A stretch of DNA of 64,000 bases from Raillietiella orientalis (lineage: Eukaryota), in NCBI GenBank assembly GCA_036172245.1, contig JAYWIR010000090.1, positions 186,001 to 250,000 on the forward strand, in the 5' to 3' direction. Below the pieces are notes generated by a model. It saw only the letters and a list, made by a program, of their open reading frames with translations. It was not told the DNA's origin and did not search any database. Positions 37,301 through 50,573 of the stretch are shown here, piece after piece; position 1 is the first letter of the stretch; each line of letters opens with the position of its first letter. The position numbers were made by a program, and so were the translations under genes.

Positions 37301-40300
37301 AGAAATTTGCAACTTTTCAGGTTTTCTAATCAATTCGAAATCAGAAGATTTCACCATTCCAGGTTTGCTCCTCTTCACGAAGCATCTGTTTGCAGTGAGT
37401 GGCAAATTCGCGTCATGGAGAGGCTCAAGGCCTTCCAATTTCCTGATTTCAGGGGATGATTACGAAAAGTCCGAAATTTCATTAGGCCGTGGCACTTTGT
37501 ACTCTGTGTTGTTTTCATGGTAACCAGTGTCGTGCCTAGAAGAGGAATCTTTTTGTTCGCTCTTATTCATGATGTGGTAGAAATTTGCAACTTTTCAAGT
37601 TTTGTAATCAATTCGAAATCAGGAGATTTAAGCATTGCACTTTTGCGCTTCTTCACGAAGCATCTATTTGCAGTAAGTGGCAAATTCTCGTCATGGAGAG
37701 GCTCAAGACCTTGTATTTCTTGAGTTCAGAGGATGATAAAGAAGAGTTCGAAATTTCATTAGACCGTGGGACTTTGTACACTGTTTTGTTTTCATGGTAA
37801 CCAGTGTCGTACCTAGGAGAGGAAACCTTTTCTTCGCTCTGATTCATGATGTGGTAGAAATTTGCAGCCTTTCAGGCTTTGTAATCAATTCGAAATCAGG
37901 AGATGTCACTTTTGAAGTTTTATGCCTCTTCACGAAGCATCTATTTGAAGTGAGTGGCAAATTCCCGTCATGCAGTGCTTCAACGCCTTCCAATTTGCTG
38001 ATTTCAGAGAATGATTATGAAGAGTTGGAAATTTCATTAGGCCGTGGAACTTTGTACTCTCTGTTGTTCGCCCGGCATCCAGAGTCGTTTCTAGAAGACG
38101 AATCTTTTCCTTCCATCTGATTCATGTTGTCGTAGAAATTTGGAACCTTTCAAGCTTTGTAATCAATTCGAAATCAGGAGATTTAAGGATTGCACTTTTG
38201 CGTTTCTTCACAAAGCATCTATTTGCAGTGATTGGCAAATTCCCGTCATAAAGAGGCTGAAGACCTTCCTCTTTCTTGATTTCAGAGGATGATTAAGAAG
38301 AGTTCGAAATTTCATTAGGCCGTGTCACTTTGGATTCTGTTTTGTTTTCATGGTAAACAGTGTCGTATTTAGAAGAGGAACCTTTTTATCGCTCTGATTC
38401 ATTATGTCGTAGAAATTTGCAACTTTTCAAGTTTTGTAATCAATTCGAAATCAGGTGATTTCACCATTGCAGTTTTGCGCCTGTTCACGAAGCATTTATT
38501 TGCAGTAAGTGGCAAATTCCCGTCATGGAGAGGCTAAAGACCTTCCTATTTTTTGATTTCAGATAATGATTAAAAAGAGTTCGAAACTTCATTAGGCCGT
38601 GGCACTTTGTACTCTGTGTTGTTTTCATGGTAACCAGTGTCGTACCTAGAAGAGGAATCTTTTTCTTCGCTCTGATTCATGATGTGATAGAAATTTGCAA
38701 CCTTTCAGGCTTTGTAATCAACTCGAAATCAGGGCATTTAAACATTGCACTTTTGCGCTGCTTCACGTGACATCCATTAGCAGTGAGTGGCAAATTCCCG
38801 TCATGGAGAGCCTCAGCGCCTTCCAATTTCCTGATTTCAGAGAATGATTATGAAGATTTGGAAATTTAATTAGGCCGCGGCACTTTGTACTCTGTGGTCT
38901 TTTCGCGGCAACCAGTGTCGTACCTAGAAGGGGAATCCTTTCCGTTGCTCTGATTCATTATGTGGTAGAAATTTGCAACTTTTCAAGTTTTGTAATCAAT
39001 TCGAAATCAGGTGATTTAAGCATTGCACTTTTGCGCTTCTTCACGAAGCATCTATTTGCAGTAAGTGGCAAATTCCCGTCATGGATAGGCTCAAGACCTT
39101 CCTATTTCTTGATTTCAGAGGATGATTAAGAAAGGTCCGAAATTCAATTACCGAGTGGCAGTTTGGAATCTGTATTGCTTTCATGGTAACCAGTGTCGTG
39201 CCTAGAAGAGGAATGTTTTCCTTCGCTGTGATGCATGATGTGGTAGAAATTTGCAACCTTTCAGGCTTTGTAATCAATTGGAAATCAGGGGATTCTACCA
39301 TTGCACTTTTGCGCCTCTTCACTAAACATCCACTTACAGTGAGTGCCAAATGGCCGTTATGGAAAGTCTCAATGCCTTCCAATTTCCTGATTTCAGAGGA
39401 TGATCATGAACGGTTCGAAATTTCATTAGGGCGTGTCACTTTGGATTCTGTGTTGTTTTAATGGTAACCAGTGTCGTACCTAGTACAGGAATCTTTTCCT
39501 TTGCTCTGATTCATTATGTGGTAGAAGTTTGGAACTTTTCAGGGTTTGAAAGCAATTGGAATTGAGGTGATTTTACTATTGCAGTTTTGCGCCTTGTCAG
39601 TAAGCATACATTTGCAGTGAGTGGCAAATTCCCGTCATGGAGTGGCTCACGGCCTTCTAATTTCCTGATTCTGAGAGGATGACTAAGAAGGGTTCGAAAT
39701 TAGGTTAGGGCGTGGCACTTTGGTCTCTGTGTTGTTTTCGCGGCAACCAGTGTCGTACCTAGAAGGGGAATCTTTTCCTTGCATCTGATTCATGATGTGG
39801 TAGAAATTTGCAACCTTTCAAGCTTTGTAATCAATTGGAAATCAAAGGATTTTGCTATTGCACTTTTGCGCCTCTTCACTATACATCCATTTCCAGTGAG
39901 TTGCAAATGCACCTCATGGAAAGCCTCAATACCTTCCAATTTCCTGATTTCAGAAAATGATTAAGAAAGGTCCGAAATTTAATTACGCAGTGGCAGTTTG
40001 GAATCTGTATTGCTTTCATGGTAACCAGTGTCGTGCCTAGAAGAGGAATGTTTTCCTTCGCTGTGATTCATGATGTGGTAGAAATTTGCAACCATTCAGG
40101 CTTTGTAATCAATTGGAAATCAAAGGATTTTGCTATTGCACTTTTGCGCCTCTTCACTAGACATCTATTTCCAGTGAGTGGCAAATGCCCCTCATGGAAA
40201 GCCTCAATTCCTTCCAATTTCCTGATTTCAGAAAATGATAAAGAAAGGTCCGAAATTTAATTACGGAGTGGCAGTTTGGAATCTGTATTGTTTTCATGGT

Positions 40301-40573
40301 AACCAGTGTCGTGCCTAGAAAAGGAATGTTTTTCTTCGCTGTGATTCATGATGTGGTAGAAATTTGCAAACTTTCAGGCTTTGTAATCAATTGGAAATCA
40401 GGGGATTCTGGTATTGCACTTTTGCGCCTCTTCACTAAACATCCACTTAGAGTGAGTGGGAAATGGCCGTTATTGAAAGCCTCAATGCATTTTAATTTCC
40501 TGTATTCAGAGGATGATCATGAAGAGTTCGAAATTTCATTAGGGCGTGTCACTTTGGATTCTGTGTTGTTTTA
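28344..40573 (+). repeat. Second cluster of 4/5/10-mer higher-order repeats, paralogous to 4726-16673
   Basis: Variant C occurs at 28344, 29455, 30844, 33624, 36405 and 37794 (spacings 1111, 1389, 2780, 2781, 1389). Region ~11392-16395 matches ~35292-40295 at offset 23900. Confidence 0.9.
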
Positions 40574-43500
40574 ATGGTAACCAGTGTCGTACCAAGAAGA
40601 GGAATCTTTTCCTCCGCTCTGATTCATGATGTGGTAGAAATTTGCAACTTTTCAGGTTTTGTAATCAATTCGAAATCATGGGATTTCACCATTCCAGGTT
40701 TGCGCCTCTTCACGAAGCATCTATTTGCAGTCAGTAGAAAATTCCCGTAATGGAGAGGCTCAAGGCCCTCCAATTTCCAGATTTCAGAGGATGATCATGA
40801 AAAGTTCGAAATATCATTAGGAAGTGGCACTTTGGATTCCGTGTTGTTTTCATGGTAAACAGTGTCGTACCTAGAAGACGAACATTTACATCGCTCTGAT
40901 TCATTATGTCGTAGAAATTTGCAACTTTTCAAGTTTTGTAATCAATTCGAAATCAGGTGATTTCACCATTGCCGTTTTGCGCCTGTTCACGAAGCATCTA
41001 TTCGTAGTTAGTGGCAAATTCCCGTCATGGAAAGGCTCAAGACCTTCCTATTTCTTGATTTCAGAGGATGCTTAGGAAGAGTTCGAAATTTCATTAGGCC
41101 GTGGCACTTTGTACTCTGTGTTGTTTTCATGGTAACCAGTGTCGTACCTAGAGGAGGAATCTTTTTGTTCGCTCTGTTTCATGATGTGGTAGAAATTTGC
41201 AGCCTTTCAGGCTTTGTAATCAATTCGAAATCAGGAGATTTAACCATTGCAATTTTGCGCTTCTTCACGAAGCATCCATTTGCAGTGAGTGGCAAATGCC
41301 AGTCATGCAAATCCTCTAGGCCTTCCAATTTCCTGATTTCAGAGGATGATTATGAAGATTTCGGAATTTCATTAGGGCGTGGTACTTTGGATTCTGTGTG
41401 TTTTTCATGGTAACCAGTGTCGTACCTAGAGGAGGAATCTTGCCCTTCCCTCTGATGCATTATGTGGTAGAAATTTGCAACTTTTCAATTTTTCTAATCA
41501 ACTCGAAATGAGTGGATTTAACCATTGCACTTTTGCGCTTCTTCACGAAGCAACTATCTGCAGTAAGTGGCAAATTCCCGTCATGGAGTTGCTGAAGACC
41601 TTCCAATTTCCTTATTTCAGAGGATGATTACGAAGAGTCCGAAATTTCATTAGGCCGTGGCACTTTGGACTCTGTGTTGTTTTCATGGTAACCAGTGTCG
41701 TACCTAGAAGAGGAATCTTTTTGTTCGCTCTGTTTCATGATGTGGTAGAAATTTGCAGCCTTTCAGGCTTTGTAATCAATTCGAAATCAGGAGATTTAAC
41801 CATTGCAATTTTGCGCTTCTTCACGAAGCATCCATTTGAAGTGAGTGGCAAATGCCAGTCATGCAAATCCTCTAGGCCTTCCAATTTCCTGATTTCAGAG
41901 GATGATTATGAAGATTTCGGAATTTCATTAGGGCGTGGCACTTTGGATTCTGTGTTGTTTTCATGGTAACCAGTGTCGTACCTAGAAGAGGAATCTTGTC
42001 CTTCCCTCTGATTCATTATGTGGTAGAAAGTTTCAACTTTTCAAGTTTTCTAAACAATTCGAAATCAGGGGATTTAAGCATTGCACTTTTGCGCTTCATC
42101 ACGAAGCATCTATTTGCAGTAAGTGGCACATTCCCGTCATGGAAGGGCTCAAGAGCTTCCTATTTCTTGATTTCAGAGGATGATTAATTAGAGTTCGAAA
42201 TTTTAATAGGCCGTGGCACTTTGTACTCTGTTTTGTTTTCATGGTAACCAGTGTCGTACCTAGAAGAGGAATCTTTTTGTTCGCTCTGATTCATGATGTG
42301 GTAGAAATTTGATGCCTTTCAGGCTTTGTAATCAATTGGAAATCAAAGGATTTTGCTATTGCACTTTTGCGCCTCTTCACTAAATATCCATTTCTAGTGA
42401 GTGGCAAATGCCCCACATGGATAGCCTCAATTCCTTCCAATTTCCTGATTTCAGAAAATGATGAAGAAAGGTCCGAAATTTAATTACGCAGTGGCAGTTT
42501 GGAATTGTATTGCTTTCATGGTAACGAGTGTCGTGCCTAGAAGAGGAATCTTTTTGTTCGCTCTGATTCATGATGTGGTAGAAATTTGCAACTTTTCAAG
42601 TTTTGTAATCAATTCGAAAACTGGGGATTTAAGCATTGCACTTTTGCGCTTCTTCACGAAGCATGTATTTGTAGTTAGTGGCAAATTCCCGTCATGGAAA
42701 GGCTCAAGACCTTCCAATTTGTTGATTTCAGAGGATGATTAAGAAGAGTTCGAAATTTCATCAGGCCGTGGCACTTTGTACTCTGTGTTGTTTTCATTGT
42801 AACCAGTGTCGTACCTAGAAGACGAATCTTGTCCTTCCCTGTGATTCATTATGTGGTAGAAATTTGCAACTTTTCAAGTTTTGTAATCAATTCGAATTCA
42901 GGTGATTTCACCATTGCAGTTTTGCTCCTCTTCACGAAGCATTTATTTGCAGTAAGTGGCAAATTCCCTTCATGGAGAGGCTAAAGACCTTCCTATTTCT
43001 TAATTTTAGAGGATGATTACGAAGAGTTGAAATTAGATTAAGGCGTGGGACTTTGTACTCTGTTTTGTTTTCATGGTAGCCAGTGTCGTACATAGAAGTG
43101 GAATCTTTTCCTTTCCTCTGATTCATGATATGGTAGAAATTTGCATCCTTTCAGGCTTTGTAATCAATTCGAATTCAGGGGATTTAAACATTGCGCTTTT
43201 GCGCTGCTTCACGTGACATCTATTTGCAGAGAGTGGAAAATTCCCGTCATGGAGACGCTCAAGGCTTTCCAATTTCCTGAATTCAGAGGATGATTAAGAA
43301 GAGTTCGAAATTTCATTAGAGGTTGTCACTTTGGATTCTGTGTTGTTTTCATGGTAAGCAGCGTCTTACCGATAAGTGGAATTTTTTCCTTTGCTCTAAT
43401 TCATTATGTGGTAGAAATTTGCAACTTTTCAGGTTTTCTAATCAATTCGAAATCAGGGGATTTCACCATTCCAGGTTTGCTCGACTTCACGAAGCATCTG

Positions 43501-46500
43501 TTTGCAGTGAGTGGCAAATTCCCGTCATGGAGAGGCTCAAGGCTTTCCAATTTCCTGAATTCAGAGGATGATTAAGAAGAGTTGGAAATTAGATTAGGGC
43601 GTGGCACTTTGGTCTCTCTGTTGTTTTCTTGGCAACCAGTGTCGTACCTAGAAGGGGAATCCTTTCCGTTGCTCTGATTCATTATGTGGTAGAAATTTGC
43701 AACTTTTCAAGTTTTGTAATCAATTCGAAATCAGGAGATTTAAGCATTGCACTTTTGCGTTTCTTCACGAAGCATCTATTTGCAGTAAGTGGCAAATTCC
43801 CGTCATGGAGAGGCTCAAGACCTTCCTATTTTTTGATTTCAGATAATGATTAAAAAGAGTTCGAAACTTCATTAGGCCGTGGCACTTTGTACTCTGTGTT
43901 GTTTTCATGGTAACCAGTGTCGTGCCTAGAAGAGGAATCTTTTTGTTCGCTCTTATTCATGATGTGGTAGAAATTTGCAACTTTTCAAGTTTTGTAATCA
44001 ATTCGAAATCAGGAGATTTAAGCATTGCACTTTTGCGCTTCTTCACGAAGCATCTATTTGCAGTAAGTGGCAAATTCTCGTCATGGAGAGGCTCAAGACC
44101 TTGTATTTCTTGAGTTCAGAGGATGATAAAGAAGAGTTCGAAATTTCATTAGACCGTGGGACTTTGTACACTGTTTTGTTTTCATGGTAACCAGTGTCGT
44201 ACCTAGGAGAGGAAACCTTTTCTTCGCTCTGATTCATGATGTGGTAGAAATTTGCAGCCTTTCAGGCTTTGTAATCAATTCGAAATCAGGAGATGTCACT
44301 TTTGAAGTTTTATGCCTCTTCACGAAGCATCTATTTGAAGTGAGTGGCAAATTCCCGTCATGCAGTGCCTCAACGCCTTCCAATTTGCTGATTTCAGAGA
44401 ATGATTATGAAGAGTTGGAAATTTCATTAGGCCGTGGCACTTTGTACTCTCTGTTGTTCGCCCGGCATCCAGAGTCGTTTCTAGAAGACGAATCTTTTCC
44501 TTCCATCTGATTCATGTTGTCGTAGAAATTTGGAACCTTTCAAGCTTTGTAATCAATTCGAAATCAGGAGATTTAAGGATTGCACTTTTGCGTTTCTTCA
44601 CAAAGCATCTATTTGCAGTGATTGGCAAATTCCCGTCATAAAGAGGCTGAAGACCTTCCTCTTTCTTGATTTCAGAGGATGATTAAGAAGAGTTCGAAAT
44701 TTCATTAGGCCGTGTCACTTTGGATTCTGTTTTGTTTTCATGGTAAACAGTGTCGTATTTAGAAGAGGAACCTTTCCATCGCTCTGATTCATTATGTCGT
44801 AGAAATTTGCAACTTTTCAAGTTTTGTAATCAATTCGAAATCAGGTGATTTCACCATTGCAGTTTTGCGCCTGTTCACGAAGCATTTATTTGCAGTAAGT
44901 GGCAAATTCCCGTCATGGAGAGGCTAAAGACCTTCCTATTTTTTGATTTCAGATAATGATTAAAAAGAGTTCGAAACTTCATTAGGCCGTGGCACTTTGT
45001 ACTCTGTGTTGTTTTCATGGTAACCAGTGTCGTACCTAGAAGAGGAATCTTTTTCTTCGCTCTGATTCATGATGTGATAGAAATTTGCAACCTTTCAGGC
45101 TTTGTAATCAACTCGAAATCAGGGCATTTAAACATTGCACTTTTGCGCTGCTTCACGTGACATCTATTTGCAGTGAGTGGCTAATTCCCGTCATGGAGAG
45201 CCTCAGCGCCTTCCAATTTCCTGATTTCAGAGAATGATTATGAAGATTTGGAAATTTAATTAGGCCGCGGCACTTTGTACTCTGTGTTGTTTTCGCGGCA
45301 ACCAGTGTCGTACCTAGAAGGGGAATCCTTTCCGTTGCTCTGATTCATTATGTGGTAGAAATTTGCAACTTTTCAAGTTTTGTAATCAATTCGAAATCAG
45401 GTGATTTAAGCATTGCACTTTTGCGCTTCTTCACGAAGCATCTATTTGCAGTAAGTGGCAAATTCCCGTCATGGAGAGGCTCAAGACCTTCCTATTTCTT
45501 GATTTCAGAGGATGATTAAGAAAGGTCCGAAATTCAATTACCGAGTGGCAGTTTGGAATCTGTATTGCTTTCATGGTAACCAGTGTCGTGCCTAGAAGAG
45601 GAATGTTTTCCTTCGCTGTGATGCATGATGTGGTAGAAATTTGCAACCTTTCAGGCTTTGTAATCAATTGGAAATCAGGGGATTCTACCATTGCACTTTT
45701 GCGCCTCTTCACAAAACATCCACTTACAGTGAGTGCCAAATGACCGTTATGGAAAGCCTCAATGCCTTCCAGTTTCCTGATTTCAGAGGATGATCATGAA
45801 CGGTTCGAAATTTCATTAGGGCGTGTCACTTTGGATTCTGTGTTGTTTTAATGGTAACCAGTGTCGTACCTAGAAGAGGAATCTTTTCCTTTGCTCTGAT
45901 TCATTATGTGGTAGAAGTTTGGAACTTTTCAGGGTTTGAAACCAATTGGAAATGAGGTGATTTTACTATTGCAGTTTTGCGCCTTGTCAGTAAGCATACA
46001 TTTGCAGTGAGTGGCAAATTCCCGTCATGGAGTGGCTCACGGCCTTCCAATTTCCTGATTTCAGAGGATGACTAAGAAGGGTTCGAAATTAGGTTAGGGC
46101 GTGGCACTTTGGTCTCTGTGTTGTTTTCATGGTAACCAGTGTCGTACCTAGAAGAGGAATCTTTTCCTCCGTTCTGATTCATGATGGGGTAGAAATTTGC
46201 AACTTTTCAGGTTTTGTAATCAATTCGAAATCAGGGGATTTTGCCATTGCAGTTTTGCGCCTCTTCACTATGCATCTATTTGCAGTCAGTTGAAAATTCC
46301 CGTCATGGAGAGGCTTAGGGCCTTCCAATTTCCCGATTTCAGAGGATGATCATGAAAAGTTCGAAATTTCATTAGGAAGTGGCACTTTGGATTCTGTTTT
46401 GTTTTCATGGTAACCAGTGTCGTACCTAGAGGAGGAACCATTCCATCGCTCTGATTCATTATGTCGTAGAAATTTGCAACCTTTCAGGCTTTGTAATCAA

Positions 46501-47517
46501 TTCGAAATCAGGGGATTTAAACATTGCACTTTTGCGCTTCTTTACGTGACATCTATTTCCAGTGAGTGGCAAATTCCCGTCATGGAGACGCTCAAGGCTT
46601 TCCAATTTCCTGAATTCAGAGGATGATTAAGAAGAGTTCGAAATTTCATTAGAGGTTGTCACTTTGGATTCTGTGTTGTTTTCATGGTAAGCAGCGTCTT
46701 ACCGATAAGTGGAATTTTTTCCTTTGCTCTAATTCATTATGTGGTAGAAATTTGCAACTTTTCAGGTTTTCTAATCAATTCGAAATCAGGGGATTTCACC
46801 ATTCCAGGTTTGCTCCACTTCACGAAGCATCTGTTTGCAGTGAGTGGCAAATTCGCGTCATGGATAGGCTCAAGGCCTTCCAATTTCCTGTTTTCAGAGG
46901 ATGATAAAGAAGGGTTCGAAATTTCATTAGACCGTGGGACTTTGTACTCTGTTCTGTTTTCATGGTAACCAGTGTCGTACCTAGGAGAGGAAACCTTTTC
47001 TTTGCTCTGATTCATGATGTGGTCGAAATTTGTAGCCTTTCAGGCTTTGTAATCAATTCGAAATCAGGTGATGTCACTATTGAAGTTTTACGCCTCTTCA
47101 CGAAGCATCTATTTGAAGTGAGTGGCAAATTCCCGTCATGCAGTGCCTCAACGCCTTCCAATTTGCTGATTTCAGAGAATGATTATGAAGAGTTGGAAAT
47201 TTCATTAGGCCGTGGCACTTTGTACTCTCTGTTGTTCGCCCGGCATCCAGTGTCGTTTCTAGAAGACGAATCTTTTCCTTCTATCTGATTCATGTTGTCG
47301 TAGAAATTTGGAACCTTTCAAGCTTTGTAATCAATTCGAAATCAGGAGATTTAAGTATTGCACTTTTGCGTGTCTTCACGAAGCATCTATTTGCAGTGAT
47401 TGGCAAATTCCCGTCATGGAGAGGCTGAAGACCTTCCTCTTTCTTGATTTCAGAGGATGATTAAGAAGAGTTCGAAATTTCATTAGGCCGTGTCACTTTG
47501 GATTCTGTTTTGTTTTC

Positions 47518-50500
47518 ATGGTAAACAGTGTCGTATTTAGAACAGGAACCTTTCCATCGCTCCGATTCATTATGTCGTAGAAATTTGCAACTTTTCAAGT
47601 TTTGTAATCAATTCGAAATCAGGTGATTTCACCATTGCAGTTTTGCGCCTGTTCACGAATTATTTATTTGCAGTAAGTGGCAAATTCCCGTCATGAAGAG
47701 GTTAAAGACCTTCCTATTTTTTAATTTCAGATAATGATTAGGAAGAGTTCGAAACTTCATTAGGCCGTGGCACTTTGTGCTCTGTGTTGTTTTCATGGTT
47801 ACCAGTGTCGTACCTAGAAGAGGAATCTTTTTCTTCGCTCTGATTCATGATGTGATAGAAATTTGCAAGCTTTCAGGCTTTGTAATCAACTCGAAATCAG
47901 GGCATTTAAACATTGCACTTTTGCGCTGCTTCACGTGACATCAATTTGCAGTGAGTGGCAAATTCCCGTCATGGAGATCCTCAGCGCCTTCCAATTTCCT
48001 GATTTCAGAGAATGATTATGAAGATTTGGAAATTTAATTAGGCCGCGGCACTTTGTACTCTGTGTTGTTTTCGCGGCAACCAGTGTCGTACCTAGAAGGG
48101 GAATCCTTTCCGTTGCTCTGATTCATCATGTGGTAGAAATTTGCAACTTTTCAAGTTTTGTAATCAATTCGAAATCAGAGGATTTAAGCATTGCACTTTT
48201 GCGCTTCTTCACGAAGCATCTATTTGCAGTAAGTGGCAAATTCCCGTCATGGAGAGGCTCAAGACCTTCCTATTTCTTGATTTCAGAGGATGATTAAGAA
48301 AGGTCCGAAATTTAATTACCGAGTGGCAGTTAGGAATCTGTATTGCTTTCATGGTAACCAGTGTCGTGCCTAGAAGAGGAATGTTTTCCTTCGCTGTGAT
48401 GCATGATTTGGTAGAAATTTGCAACCTTTCAGGCTTTGTAATCAATTGGAAATCTAAGGATTTTGCTATTGCACTTTTGCGCCTCTTCACTAAACATCCA
48501 TTTCCAGTGAGTGGCAAATGCGTCTCATGGAAAGCCTCAATTGCTTCCAATTTCCTGATTTCAGAAAATGATGAAGAAAGGTCCGAAATTTAATTACGGA
48601 GTGGCAGTTTGGAATCTGTATTGTTTTCATGGTAACCAGTGTCGTGCCTAGAAGAGGAATGTTTTTCTTCGCTGTGATTCATGATGTGGTAGAAATTTGC
48701 AACCTTTCAGGCTTTGTAATCAATTGGTAATCAGGGGATTCTAGTATTGCACTTTTGCGCCTCTTCACTAAACATTTACTTAGAGTGAGTGGGAAATGGC
48801 CGTTATTGAAAGCCTCAATGCATTCCAATTTCCTGTATTTAGAGGATGATCATGAAGAGTTCGAAATTTCATTAGGGCGTGTCACTTTGGATTCTGTGTT
48901 GTTTTAATGGTAACCAGTGTCGTACCAAGAAGAGGAATCTTTTCCTCCGCTCTGATTCATGATGTGGTAGAAATTTGCAACTTTTCAGGTTTTGTAATCA
49001 ATTCGAAATCAGGGGATTTCACCATTTCAGGTTTGCGCCTCTTCACGAAGCATCTATTTGCAGTCAGTAGAAAATTCCCGTAATGGAGAGGCTCAAGGCC
49101 CTCCAATTTCCAGATTTCAGAGGATGATCATGAAAAGTTCGAAATTTCATTAGGAAGTGGCACTTGTGATTCTGTTTTGTTTTCATGGTAAACAGTGTCG
49201 TACCTAGAAGAGGAACCTTTCCATCGCTCTGATTCATTATGTCGTAGAAATTTGCAACTTTTCAAGTTTTGTAATCAATTCGAAATCAGGTGATTTCACC
49301 ATTGCCGTTTTGCGCCTGTTCACGAAGCATCTATTTGTAGTTAGTGGCAAATTCCCGTCATGGAAAGGCTCAAGACCTTCCTATTTCTTGATTTCAGAGG
49401 ATGCTTAGGTAGAGTTCGAAATTTCATTAGGCCGTGGCACTTTGTACTCTGTGTTGTTTTCATGGTAACCAGTGTCGTACCTATAGGAGGAATCTTGCCC
49501 TTCCCTCTGATTCATTATGTGGTAGAAATTTGAAACTTTTCAAGTTTTCTAATCAACTCGAAATCAAGGGATTTAACCATTGCACTTTTGCGCTTGTTCA
49601 CGAAGCATCTATCTGCAGTAAGTGGCAAATTCCCGTCATAGAGTGGCTCAAGACCTTCCAATTTCCTGATTTCAGAGGATGATTACGAAGAGTCCGAAAT
49701 TTCATTAGGCCGTGGCACTATGGACTCTGTGTTGTTTTCATGGTAACCAGTGTCGTACCTAGAAGAGGAATCTTTTTGTTCGCTCTGTTTCATGATGTGG
49801 TAGAAATTTGCAGCCTTTCAGGCTTTGTAATTAATTCGAAATCAGGAGATTTAACCATTGCAATTTTGCGCTTCTTCACGAAGCATCCATTTGCAGTTAG
49901 TGGCAAATGCCAGATATGGAAATCCTCAAGGCCTTCCAATTTCCTGATTTCAGAGGATGATTATGAAGAGTTCGAAATTTCATTAGGGCGTGGCACTTTG
50001 GATTCTGTGTTGTTTTCATGGTAACCAGTGTCGTACCTAGAAGAGGAATCTTGTCCTTCCCTCTGATTCATTATGTGGTAGAAAGTTTCAACTTTTCAAG
50101 TTTTCTAAACAATTCGAAATCAGGGGATTTAAGCATTGCACTTTTGCGCTTCTTCACGAAGCATCTATTTGCAGTAAGTGGCAAATTCCCGTCATGGAAG
50201 GGCTCAAGAGCTTCCTATTTCTTGATTTCAGAGGATGATTAATTAGAGTTCGAAATTTTAATAGGCCGTGGCACTTTGTACTCTGTTTTGTTTTCATGGT
50301 AACCAGTGTCGTACCTAGAAGAGGAATCTTTTTGTCCGCTCTGATTCATGATGTAGTAGAAATTTGCAGCCTTTCAGGCTTTGCAATCAATTGGAAATCA
50401 AAGGGTTTTGCTATTGCACTTTTGCGCCTCTTCACTAAACATCCATTTCCAGTGAGTGGCAAATGCCCCACATGGATAGCCTCAATTCCTTCCAATTTCC

Positions 50501-50573
50501 TGATTTCAGAAAATGATGAAGAAAGGTCCGAAATTTAATTACGCAGTGGCAGTTTGGAATCTGTATTGCTTTC
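47518..50573 (+). repeat. Block duplicated at 58353-61964
   Basis: Shared private variants include cacgaattattt, gaagaggttaaag, catggttacc, gcagttagg, aatctaagg, aattggtaatc and cctataggagg. The offset is 10835. Confidence 0.9.
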
